Source: Nitrospirota bacterium
GTDB lineage: Bacteria; Nitrospirota; UBA9217
Reading direction: 5' to 3'
Length of the DNA stretch: 64,000 nucleotides
Assembly: GCA_963663225.1 (NCBI GenBank)
Contig: OY760142.1
Coordinates: forward strand, 1,312,001 to 1,376,000
Shown: positions 40,493 to 48,904 of the stretch, in pieces
Numbering within the stretch: the first letter of the stretch is position 1
How the letters are laid out: each line of letters starts with the position of its first letter
The notes under the pieces: generated by a model
What the model saw: the letters and a program-made list of their open reading frames with translations, nothing else
Told to the model about the DNA's origin: nothing
Databases searched by the model: none
Position numbers and translations under genes: made by a program

Positions 40493-40552
40493 GAATGTCA
40501 AATGCCAACCTCCTTTGTGCATGAGGAGAACCATTTGACATTTGTTTTTTTT
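40493..40552 (+). terminator. long hairpin terminator after rplS
   Basis: AATGTCAAATG/CATTTGACATT outer stem, CTCCT/AGGAG inner stem, T8 tract. Confidence 0.7.
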
Positions 40553-40613
40553 GCCGTTGTTCAGGTATATCAGAATCAAACGTTAAATCCTCCATTGTTG
40601 TTTCGAGGTTCGT

Positions 40614-41306
40614 ATGCCCCGCAGCCGGGCCTGCCTGAAGAATAGCCGTTCGGACGGAACCGCCGGTCTATTCAATGATGAACCAACGATCGATCCCCTG
40701 CACTTTGAACGAACCGCACGGAAAGACGGCTATGGTTGCATTGCCGGATTGGATGAGGCAGGACGGGGGCCCCTTGCCGGTCCTGTTGTGGCGGCTGCGG
40801 TTGTGCTTCCGGACGGCCATTTTATCGCCGGACTCACCGACTCCAAGCAGGTGCGGGAACGCGAGCGCGAAAGACTTTTTGACCTTATCCAGGCCCAGGC
40901 GGTCTGTTTTGGCATCGGCGTCGCGGACGAGCGCACGATAGACGCAGTAAACATCTACCAGGCCACAATTATCGCCATGGAGCGCGCGCTGCAGGCGCTC
41001 ATTCCCTCTCCCGATTATCTGCTGCTCGACGCAATCACGCTTCCGCGCGTCCCGATTCCTCAGAAACCGATCATCAAAGGCGATTGCCTCAGCCACAGCA
41101 TTGCCGCAGCCTCGATCCTTGCCAAGGTAACGCGGGACCGGATGATGCTGGAGCTGCATGCGAAATTTCCCTGCTACCAGTTCCACAAGCATAAAGGCTA
41201 CGGTACCAAAGAACATCTTTCACTTTTGCGTAAATATGGTCCCTGTGAGGCGCATCGCAGAAGCTTTCAGCCGGTGGCAGCTCTGCTTGAGGAGAACAGC
41301 CGATGA
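40614..41306 (+). CDS. rnhB: ribonuclease HII
   Basis: GLDEAGRGPLAGPV, DSK, IAAASILAKV and KGYGT motifs. Confidence 0.96.
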   Translation: MPRSRACLKNSRSDGTAGLFNDEPTIDPLHFERTARKDGYGCIAGLDEAGRGPLAGPVVAAAVVLPDGHFIAGLTDSKQVRERERERLFDLIQAQAVCFGIGVADERTIDAVNIYQATIIAMERALQALIPSPDYLLLDAITLPRVPIPQKPIIKGDCLSHSIAAASILAKVTRDRMMLELHAKFPCYQFHKHKGYGTKEHLSLLRKYGPCEAHRRSFQPVAALLEENSR

Positions 41307-41677
41307 GTTTTCTGAAAAAGCTCCTCGGCAAAGCCGGTGAAGACCGGGCCGCGAAATTTCTGGCAGGGCAGGGATACCGTATTCTGGAGCGGAACTACCG
41401 GACACGGAACGGAGAAATTGATCTGATAGCGCTGCATCAGGGGACCCTGGCGTTTATTGAAGTGAAAACGAGAGCGAGTGAGACGTTCGGCGCTCCCGAG
41501 CTTGCGGTTACGGCGCAGAAACAGCGCCGCATGGTCAAGGCGGCGCTGGGGTACATTAAATACAAAAACCTTCACCAGGTGCCGTGCAGGTTTGACGTTG
41601 TTGCTATCAGCACGGCGAAGGAACAGGAACTGTCGCTTATACAAAACGCATTCGAAATGGACCGGACCGGGTTGTGA
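41303..41677 (+). CDS. yraN: YraN (UPF0102) family protein
   Basis: GEDRA, GEIDLI, FIEVKTR and RFDVV motifs. Confidence 0.93.
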   Translation: MSFLKKLLGKAGEDRAAKFLAGQGYRILERNYRTRNGEIDLIALHQGTLAFIEVKTRASETFGAPELAVTAQKQRRMVKAALGYIKYKNLHQVPCRFDVVAISTAKEQELSLIQNAFEMDRTGL

Positions 41678-41735
41678 TACGGTTCGGGTGGTCGTCCGTC
41701 GCAGACGGAACAAAGCAACAAGGAGTGCCAGGATC

Positions 41736-42194
41736 ATGATTGAGCTGCTGCAAAAAATACCGCTCTTCGAAATTCTTGCCGGCAACGAGCTTGAGAAAAT
41801 CGAGCGAATCTGCGTCCGGGAATCACATGCCAAAGACACCATCATGTTTTTTGAAGGGGACCCGGGCAACCGGTGCTATATAATCACCAAGGGAGAAGTG
41901 CGGATCAGCAAATATATTCCGAACATCGGGGAAGAGGCGCTGGCCGTGCTGAAAGCGGGGGATTATTTCGGCGAGATGGCCCTGATCGACAATTTCCCGC
42001 GGTCGGCGCACGCCATCGCCAATACGGACATTGAAGTGCTTGCGATCAGCAAGGCGGATCTGGACAGGGTATTGATTGCGGATCGGGAAATAGGGTATAA
42101 ACTGCTCTGGATATTTACCCGGACGCTTTCAAAGCGGCTGCGGGAAACGAACGAAAAAATGGCGGCGTTTCTTGCCATGTCGGGTGGGTTCTGA
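41736..42194 (+). CDS. stand-alone cyclic nucleotide-binding domain protein
   Basis: GDYFGEMALID..PRSA cNMP signature; no HTH; AAGGAG RBS. Confidence 0.9.
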   Translation: MIELLQKIPLFEILAGNELEKIERICVRESHAKDTIMFFEGDPGNRCYIITKGEVRISKYIPNIGEEALAVLKAGDYFGEMALIDNFPRSAHAIANTDIEVLAISKADLDRVLIADREIGYKLLWIFTRTLSKRLRETNEKMAAFLAMSGGF

Positions 42195-42239
42195 ACGCCC
42201 TTCCGGCGAGGATAGCGAACTGCTCGTTGTTGATATATT

Positions 42240-43604
42240 GTGGAGAAAAAAAAATATAAAATAGGAATGATCAGCCTGGGGTGCCCCAAGAACCAGGTCG
42301 ACGCGGAGCAGATGCTCGGCGTGCTCGCCGGGTCCGGTTTTGAAATTACACCCGTGCAGAGCGAGGCCGACGTTATCGTCGTGAATACCTGCGGCTTCAT
42401 CGATTCCGCCAAGGAAGAGTCCATTGACGCCATTCTCGACGCTGCAAAAATGAAAACGCAGGGGTCCTTGAAAAAACTGATCATTGCCGGCTGCCTGGCG
42501 CAGCGCTACCGGGACGAACTTCTGCAGGAGCTTCCCGAAGCCGACGCCGTTATCGGCGCCGCGCAGATCGGCCGCGTCAATGAAATTTGCGAGAGGATGC
42601 TTTCTGAAGACAATCGGGTGCTCGATGTCGGCGCTCCGGCGCTGGTGTATGGTCTGCCGAGAATAAGCACGACACCGCGCCATTACCGCTATCTGAAAAT
42701 CGCGGAAGGCTGCAGCAACCGCTGCTCGTACTGCGCCATTCCCCTCATCCGGGGTGATTTCCAAAGCCGCCCTGCAGCCTCCATTCTGGAAGAAGCGCGC
42801 AAACTCTCTGATGAAGGCGCCCGGGAGCTTGTTTTGCTCGCGCAGGATTCAACCGGTTACCGTGATGATGAAATTGATCTTCCATTGCTGCTGAGAAAAC
42901 TCGCGAGTGTTTCAGGAATCCGGTGGATCAGGTTGATGTACGCATATCCGGGCAGGATCAGTCCCGCTTTGATGGAAGTCATGGCTAGCGAGGAAAAAAT
43001 TTGCAAGTACCTCGACATGCCCGTACAGCATATTGACGACAAAATTCTTGCTGCCATGAACAGGCACGGCACGTCCGACGATATCCGGCGCACGCTTGAA
43101 CAGCTGCGGAAGCACGTGCCGGGGATCGCGCTCAGGACCTCGCTCATCACCGGTTTCCCGGGCGAAACCGAAGCAGCATTCAGGCGGCTTCTTGCATTCG
43201 TACACGAGGCCGAGTTTGAACACCTCGGGGTCTTTCCGTATTCGCCAGAAGAAGACACGTTGGCTTCCACGCTCGAGGCCACGGTTCCGAGGGAAGTGGC
43301 CAATGAGCGGCTTGACCGGATCATGAAAGCGCAGGCGAAGATATCCCTCCGGAAAAACCACGCCCATGTCGGCAAACAACGGCGCGTGCTTGTTGACGGC
43401 ATGGAAGACATGGCGCTCATGGCAAGGCTCCAGACGCAGGCGCCGGAGATCGACGGCTCCGTCTACCTTTCAGAGATCGAGGCGGACCCGGGAGATTTTG
43501 TCGACGTGACGATTACCGATGCCACGGAGTATGATTTGAGGGGAGAGCCGGCAGGCAGTACAGCCGCTCCGCAACGTTCCCGCGATACAAAACGAAAGAG
43601 ATAG
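42240..43604 (+). CDS. rimO: ribosomal protein S12 methylthiotransferase RimO
   Basis: SLGCPKN, NTCGFI, GCLAQRY, EGCSNRCSYCAIP, APEIDG and TRAM domain. Confidence 0.95.
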   Translation: MEKKKYKIGMISLGCPKNQVDAEQMLGVLAGSGFEITPVQSEADVIVVNTCGFIDSAKEESIDAILDAAKMKTQGSLKKLIIAGCLAQRYRDELLQELPEADAVIGAAQIGRVNEICERMLSEDNRVLDVGAPALVYGLPRISTTPRHYRYLKIAEGCSNRCSYCAIPLIRGDFQSRPAASILEEARKLSDEGARELVLLAQDSTGYRDDEIDLPLLLRKLASVSGIRWIRLMYAYPGRISPALMEVMASEEKICKYLDMPVQHIDDKILAAMNRHGTSDDIRRTLEQLRKHVPGIALRTSLITGFPGETEAAFRRLLAFVHEAEFEHLGVFPYSPEEDTLASTLEATVPREVANERLDRIMKAQAKISLRKNHAHVGKQRRVLVDGMEDMALMARLQTQAPEIDGSVYLSEIEADPGDFVDVTITDATEYDLRGEPAGSTAAPQRSRDTKRKR

Positions 43605-43661
43605 CCTGCATGCGCACTCGGTGCGCAGGCCATATTTACTTTACAAAAAAAAGAGGACGAT

Positions 43662-44870
43662 ATGCCGAATGAAAACCAAACACCGGAGATGACCGATCAC
43701 AACGAGGAAAATTTTGCGGAAATGCTCGAAAAAAGCATGACCAAACGCGGCAGGCTCGAACCCGGCCAGATGGTGGAGGCCATGATCGTCAAAATAACCG
43801 CGGACTGGATATTCCTTGATCTCGGCGGCAAGGGAGAAGGATATCTGGACAAAAAAGAAATGCTTGACGAAAACGGGGCAGTAACGGTCAGGGAAGGTGA
43901 AACTGTTCGCGCGTATTTCCTGTCCTCCGAGAACAACGAAATGCATTTCACGACCAAAATCGGTTCCGGTCCGGCAGGCCAGAAACAAATAGAAGATGCC
44001 TGGCGAAACCGCATCCCGGTCGAAGGCACGTTTGTAAAGGAGATAAAAGGCGGATTCGAGATCAAGATCGCGGGCGGCATGCGCGCATTCTGCCCCTTTT
44101 CCCAGACCGGCATACGGCGGGAAGAAAACCAGGCAGACTACATCGGGAAGTCGTTTCCGTTTACCATAACCGAGTACAACGAAAAAAATGTCGTTCTCTC
44201 CCGCAAGGCCATTCTCGAAGAAGAACGGGAAAACAAAAAGCAGGCGCTGAAATCAGAACTGAAAGAAGGCATGAAGGTGCGGGGCACGGTCACCTCCATC
44301 CAGAAATTCGGGGCCTTTGTGAACATCGGCGGCGTGGAGGGTTTGATTCCCGTCTCGGAGATTGCCTGGGGCAGGACCGAAAAGGTGGGAGACGTGCTTG
44401 CTGTCGGGCAGGAAGTCGACGTCATCATCAAGTCAATTGACTGGGCCAAAGACCGCATCTCGTTCAGCCTGAAAGACGCCCTTCCCGATCCGTGGGAGAG
44501 CGCGGCGGAAAAATATCCTGTCGGCACCTTCCACGCGGGAACCGTTGCCCGCCTCATGCCATTCGGCGCGTTCGTCACCCTTGGGAAGGGTGTGGACGGC
44601 CTTATCCCCATATCAAAACTGGGCGCAGGCAAGAGGCTGAACCATCCCAAGGAAGTTCTGAAGGAAGGGCAGGCGATAGAAGTGAAGGTTGAAGCTGTCG
44701 ATCGGTCGCAGAAAAAGATATCGCTCTCACTTGCCGAAGTCAGCCGGGAAGAAGCCGAGGCCGCAGCGACCCTGAAGAACTACCAGGAAAAAGCAAAGGA
44801 AGTGCCGAAGAATCTGGGGAGCCTCGGGGAACTGCTCAGGGCGAAGATGGAGCAGAAAGAGAAAAAGTAG
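43662..44870 (+). CDS. rpsA: 30S ribosomal protein S1-like protein (short, 4 S1 domains)
   Basis: repeated FGAFV..G.VEGLIP.S S1 motifs; AFCPFSQ. Confidence 0.8.
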   Translation: MPNENQTPEMTDHNEENFAEMLEKSMTKRGRLEPGQMVEAMIVKITADWIFLDLGGKGEGYLDKKEMLDENGAVTVREGETVRAYFLSSENNEMHFTTKIGSGPAGQKQIEDAWRNRIPVEGTFVKEIKGGFEIKIAGGMRAFCPFSQTGIRREENQADYIGKSFPFTITEYNEKNVVLSRKAILEEERENKKQALKSELKEGMKVRGTVTSIQKFGAFVNIGGVEGLIPVSEIAWGRTEKVGDVLAVGQEVDVIIKSIDWAKDRISFSLKDALPDPWESAAEKYPVGTFHAGTVARLMPFGAFVTLGKGVDGLIPISKLGAGKRLNHPKEVLKEGQAIEVKVEAVDRSQKKISLSLAEVSREEAEAAATLKNYQEKAKEVPKNLGSLGELLRAKMEQKEKK

Positions 44871-44927
44871 CCGATAATGCGGTTGAGTGACCGGTCCTGA
44901 AGCAATCCACTTGAATTCTCTAGTTCG

Positions 44928-45365
44928 TCATTTTTCGCTATCAGCCGCATGTACTCTCAACTTGCCGTTGAAATAGGTCTGCTTCACGAGCAGAGCCTTG
45001 CTCCTTGCCCATTGCTCAAGTCCCATTTTTTTGATCAGGCAGAGGTTAAACAGCTTGGTATTGTGCGGCCTGACCGATGCCTGATCCGCATAAGGATGCA
45101 GATGGTCGCAGGGGAAATCGGCGCACTCATAGCAGAATGTGATGCCCTTCCGGGCCGCGCAGCAGAACACATTGCACGGCCTGGTGTCGCCCAGGAAGGA
45201 TATCGTCCCCTCCGCGTTTCGGCACCCCGCACATCGGGCTTTTTCCGCCGGAATACCGAGCTTTTCCGACAAGGCTGCTCTGAGATTCGAATCTTCATTC
45301 GCGAGATACAAGGGGCAATTAAAGCAATCCAAACCGCATGGTGATGTCATGCGCTGATAATCCAT
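44928..45365 (-). CDS. DUF3795-like Cys-rich protein
   Basis: PCGLDCFNC...CAGC...CNVFCC...CYECADFPC. Confidence 0.8.
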   Translation of the reverse strand: MDYQRMTSPCGLDCFNCPLYLANEDSNLRAALSEKLGIPAEKARCAGCRNAEGTISFLGDTRPCNVFCCAARKGITFCYECADFPCDHLHPYADQASVRPHNTKLFNLCLIKKMGLEQWARSKALLVKQTYFNGKLRVHAADSEK

Positions 45366-45426
45366 ACTCTTTTATTCCTTTCAGCAGCTCAGGCTGAGCA
45401 GCGTCCAGCAAAATCAAACCTGCTGA

Positions 45427-45660
45427 TTATTTTGCCGGGCAAGTCGTCACGCAAGCCTCATATCCTTCTTTACAAGCTCTTAACGTTTCAGACTTGAAAC
45501 CAACCTGATTCCCTCCAGAAACACACGACGAATAAGTTATTGTGCATTGTCTTGCGCAAGTAGCCTCGACTTTGCTTATATCCACATCTTTAATGCTATA
45601 AGCACAGCCAGTAAATGATATAAAAACAGTGAAGAAAAGCAGTAATAAAATTTTCATCAA
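45427..45660 (-). CDS. small Cys-rich lipoprotein
   Basis: FTGC lipobox, six further Cys, GGAGG RBS. Confidence 0.7.
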   Translation of the reverse strand: MMKILLLLFFTVFISFTGCAYSIKDVDISKVEATCARQCTITYSSCVSGGNQVGFKSETLRACKEGYEACVTTCPAK

Positions 45661-45731
45661 TAGCCTCCCATGTTTTGGACTGCCTTATGGCCCTTCCTGA
45701 AGATCAGTATGTCAATAACTTCGTTTATCTA

Positions 45732-46862
45732 TCAAAGAACTTCACGCACCACAGTTTTGCGCAATAAGGCCGACAGAAGCCAGCTCGCGATCAAGCCAAC
45801 AAAGAGGGTGAGCAGGAACTTGAGTTCTGCCGGCAAAGGCTTCGTGAGCAGGTAGAACTGAAACCAAGTCACAAAACCGTAATGAAAGATGTAAATGCCG
45901 TACGCGTTCGCTGTAAAGCTGTCCGCCAGGGGCCGGGCAGTCCGAAAGAAAGAATGGGCAAGGCCCAGCGCGCCAAGACTGGTGAAGGCGCAGCAGAGAG
46001 AATAGATTGTAGCAGGGAGTGCTTTTACTACCCATTCCGGCATGTTCGCGAAATACTCCGCCCTCAATCCCAGCAAACCTGCCACATACGCTAAAATTCC
46101 CAAGGCAAGCCAAAGCGGCCACGGTCTTAGATTGTCTCGCGATAAAGACAGTTCTAAGTTTGCGGCGCCGAGCGCAGCGCCAAGCAGAAACCAGCCAAAA
46201 TACAGGAAGAGCCTCCCGGTCTGAAAAACGAACGGGCCCCACAAGCGGGTCCATGCCTCGGGCAGAATGAACAGGGACGGGAGAACGGTTGTCAGCAGGG
46301 TCACAGTCAGTACTATGCCGACCAGGCTCCGGGCCGATAAGGCGGAGAGGGACAACTTTTTCATGAGATTGGGAATCAATCGATAGGCGACGGCGACAAC
46401 CCCTGAGAAAGCAAGCAAGAGCCAGATGAACCAGGCCGGCCCGGGCGTCCAATTGCTGTTGTCAAAGAATCCAGACAGAAAATCCCCCCGGCTAATCGGG
46501 TCGCTTAAAAGCCAGGATGGGTAGAACGCCAGCGGGCTGAGCACCATGGCGGAGATAATGAAAGGAATGCCAAGGCGTTTCGCACGGTCGGAAAGGAATC
46601 GACCAGATCTCTTTCGCTCAAGGGCCGGCATCACGAACAGCCCTGATATGAGAAACATAAGGGGCATGAAGAACATATCGTTGAAGTGCACAAGAAGGTC
46701 GAGCGGCATCCAACGGAGCGTATCAACGACCGGCGCGGTGGATCGCAAGTACTGCGCAGGGTCGTAATGACTGAAAGTGGTGTATGCCAGTGCAGCGTGA
46801 TGTACGACTACCAGTATGGTTACTCCGCTCCGCAGGTAGTCGATCGCCAGGTTTCGTTTCAA
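45732..46862 (-). CDS. acyltransferase-3 family membrane protein (OpgC/MdoC-like); probable third cassette
   Basis: IDYLR, VVHH, FFMPLMFLISG, RAKRLGIP and YGIYIFH motifs; TTG start with GGAG RBS right after an attC. Confidence 0.85.
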   Translation of the reverse strand: MKRNLAIDYLRSGVTILVVVHHAALAYTTFSHYDPAQYLRSTAPVVDTLRWMPLDLLVHFNDMFFMPLMFLISGLFVMPALERKRSGRFLSDRAKRLGIPFIISAMVLSPLAFYPSWLLSDPISRGDFLSGFFDNSNWTPGPAWFIWLLLAFSGVVAVAYRLIPNLMKKLSLSALSARSLVGIVLTVTLLTTVLPSLFILPEAWTRLWGPFVFQTGRLFLYFGWFLLGAALGAANLELSLSRDNLRPWPLWLALGILAYVAGLLGLRAEYFANMPEWVVKALPATIYSLCCAFTSLGALGLAHSFFRTARPLADSFTANAYGIYIFHYGFVTWFQFYLLTKPLPAELKFLLTLFVGLIASWLLSALLRKTVVREVL

Positions 46863-46881
46863 ACGGTTTCTCCGAAAGGGA

Positions 46882-46938
46882 ATCCAATGCGGCAGTTAAG
46901 CCGCGCGCGTAGCGCGTCGCTGGAATCTTTGGTTATAC
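46882..46938 (-). repeat. attC site (59-base element) with a degenerate R' box
   Basis: minus strand GTATAAC-CAAAG-ATTCCAGC-GACGCGCTACGCGCGCG-GCTTAAC-TGCCGC-ATTGGAT: canonical R''/L''/L'/R' spacing; R'' overlaps the TAA stop of the upstream ORF. Confidence 0.8.
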
Positions 46939-47436
46939 GGTTTTTTGTTTCCTGAACCAACCCCCAAAGGTATGCTGAATCATTGCTCCAACAGCAGAGA
47001 ATGCCTCAATTTCTTCCTTTTCAGGATCATTTTTCTCTAAAAGGTTTATTGAGAGCCAGCTACCCATCGCTTGATGAAAGGGAATCCCAGCCTCGCAATA
47101 GCGGTGTAGTAAACCGCTTAGATTCTCCAATGCCTGATAGCCTTTTGAATGGAATCGGAAGAGTTCTTCTCCAATCTTCGTATAGACAGTTTCACGTTTG
47201 TCCTCTGGAACATAGTCGGCGATAGTAACAAATGCAGTTCCGACAGAGGCAACTGTGACATGAAAATCCCATGATTCAGCAGGCACTGCGCCACTCTTGA
47301 AGTAATCACTAATCAGAGGGATGTTATCAATGGCTGTCACTGTTGAGTTCGTTGCAAAAATGCTTGCTGACTGCACCAAGTTTGTTGCTTGATTCTCAAA
47401 ATAATTGTCTTTGTCGAAGAATCTCCCGAAAACCAT
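46933..47436 (-). CDS. hypothetical protein (cassette 2)
   Basis: 167-aa ORF with GAGG RBS, bounded by attC-like sites; AT-richer than the backbone. Confidence 0.8.
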   Translation of the reverse strand: MVFGRFFDKDNYFENQATNLVQSASIFATNSTVTAIDNIPLISDYFKSGAVPAESWDFHVTVASVGTAFVTIADYVPEDKRETVYTKIGEELFRFHSKGYQALENLSGLLHRYCEAGIPFHQAMGSWLSINLLEKNDPEKEEIEAFSAVGAMIQHTFGGWFRKQKTV

Positions 47437-47472
47437 TCTTTTACCTCATGCTAGAAATAAGTTTGCCTCATT

Positions 47473-47525
47473 CGATAACGCCGCCGTGATGGACCGTCAG
47501 GTTTCTCTCGAGAGCGTTGTTAGTC
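47473..47525 (-). repeat. degenerate attC-like site
   Basis: minus strand GACTAAC-AACGC...GCGGC-GTTATCG, 53 bp, 6 nt after the stop of the upstream ORF; L boxes pair poorly. Confidence 0.55.
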
Positions 47526-47531
47526 TTGATG

Positions 47532-48071
47532 CTATTTCGTCTGGGGCTTGTTATGCTTATTAAGCATTTCAACCGAAGCGTTCTTCATCGTTTCTGCGAG
47601 CTTGGCTGGAATATAAATAGCAATAACATTCATTGATAACATGTCAGGCTGCGAATTGAGCGGATAACGATATTTCAATCCATAGATAAGAACATCGCCG
47701 CTCTTGTTTTGCCAGTCGGTTTGCCAAACGTGAACCTTTGTATTTGGCTTTCTTGATGCATCTTCATAGTCAGACCAGCCACGCACGATTGATGTTGGCA
47801 GACCTGGGTTTAAGAAGTCCTCTTTGAGAGGTGTCCAGCCCATGTCGTTTGTTTTCTTTAAGAGTTGATCGATAACTTCAGGAGCAGGATAGGCGGCTTT
47901 AAGATTGTAAGTCACCTGATCAGTATTGTTGACCTTTGCATAATTAATGTTTGTTGCTCCTGCTAAAACTATTAAAGACTCTGAATAATTCTTCGAGTCA
48001 TGATTTGCTTTGGTCTGACAGCTGGAGATAAGAACAGCCAGAAGCACCAACGAGAACGAAAAATGTTTCAT
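47532..48071 (-). CDS. hypothetical lipoprotein (cassette 1)
   Basis: MKHFSFSLVLLAVLISSC lipobox, AGAGGTG RBS; alternative ATG at 48095. Confidence 0.8.
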   Translation of the reverse strand: MKHFSFSLVLLAVLISSCQTKANHDSKNYSESLIVLAGATNINYAKVNNTDQVTYNLKAAYPAPEVIDQLLKKTNDMGWTPLKEDFLNPGLPTSIVRGWSDYEDASRKPNTKVHVWQTDWQNKSGDVLIYGLKYRYPLNSQPDMLSMNVIAIYIPAKLAETMKNASVEMLNKHNKPQTK

Positions 48072-48105
48072 GAATACACCTCTGCTTTGGCCCATTACTC
48101 CACCG

Positions 48106-48127
48106 GACTAACAAGCTATTAGCAACT
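48106..48127 (-). other. attI-like recombination site
   Basis: minus strand GTTGCTAATAGCTT-GTTAGTC; the core is the exact reverse complement of cassette 1's R'' GACTAAC, with no attC hairpin upstream. Confidence 0.55.
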
Positions 48128-48134
48128 CGAAAAT

Positions 48135-48163
48135 ACGGTAGCATATATTCGTAGCTTGGTCAA
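48135..48163 (-). promoter_or_regulatory. Pc-like sigma70 promoter facing the cassette array
   Basis: minus strand TTGACC-N17-TACCGT with an extended -10 TG. Confidence 0.5.
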
Positions 48164-48333
48164 TTAATTTAAGAATTTCTTGCTAATTATTAGAATTTAT
48201 TGGAACCCGAAATAATAACATTTAAAATATGGCATAGCTTTTGAGGAATACTGAGATTGTAGTCTGTTACGAATGTCACATTCCACGAATCGTTTCTTGA
48301 ATTCCCTCGCCCTCCCATGCTACACTGCCTTTT

Positions 48334-48864
48334 ATGATAGCTACATTTTTCCAAAGCCTCAATCGACGTCACGTTCCGCGTAGACTTGGTGAACGATCTG
48401 TATTGGGTTTAGTTGTTGGCATCGGGATCAGTTTTCTGATTTCCTCCATGGGTGTACAAACGGCATATGCTGGTGAAGCGTCAGCAACACGGTTGCAGCA
48501 GCCCAGGATGGTTGTTGTAATGCCGTCTGATTCCTCTTTGCTTGCGAAAACTTTTCGTGTAGTTCTCCTGTGCAACACGCTGGAATCGCGCACGAACGGC
48601 CTGCAAGGGTTCAGAAAGTTGAATAAGAACGAGGCAGCTTTGTTCGTCTTCGACAAACTAGAAGAAGTTACCTTCTGGATGGGAAGCGTTGCTTATCCCA
48701 TAGATATTATTTTCGTCGGCCCAAACAAGAAAATTATCAAAGTGTACCGAAACCGCCAGCCAGGCAGTCAGGACTTGTATTCTTCCATCAGCAAGACAAA
48801 ATGGGTGATTGAAACTGCCGCAGGTTCGGGGATCAAGGCCGGAGACAGAATACGCATAGAATAG
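48334..48864 (+). CDS. DUF192 family protein
   Basis: RTNGLQ, LFVF, FWMGSVAYPIDIIF and WVIETAAG motifs; start uncertain. Confidence 0.8.
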   Translation: MIATFFQSLNRRHVPRRLGERSVLGLVVGIGISFLISSMGVQTAYAGEASATRLQQPRMVVVMPSDSSLLAKTFRVVLLCNTLESRTNGLQGFRKLNKNEAALFVFDKLEEVTFWMGSVAYPIDIIFVGPNKKIIKVYRNRQPGSQDLYSSISKTKWVIETAAGSGIKAGDRIRIE

Positions 48865-48904
48865 TCTTATTCACCGGTAAAATAAAAACTGTACACGAGG
48901 TTTT

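Larger units (their letters stand above)
45732..48163 (-). mobile_element. integron-like gene cassette array lacking an integrase (CALIN-like, with attI-like site and Pc-like promoter)
   Basis: co-oriented ORFs separated by attC-like sites; matched GTTAGTC/GACTAAC boundaries on cassette 1; no intI in the window. Confidence 0.7.

Noticed and set aside
45366-45426. Hairpins between the DUF3795 gene and the small lipoprotein gene as an attC
   Set aside because: No AAC/GTT core boxes at the required spacing.
45661-45731. Expected attC after the acyltransferase gene
   Set aside because: No R'' matching ATCCAAC and no hairpin; the site is absent or eroded.
48118-48187. 8-bp inverted repeat ATTAGCAA/TTGCTAAT flanking the Pc-like promoter (invertible switch?)
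   Set aside because: Too short, in AT-rich DNA, with no invertase nearby; chance is likely.
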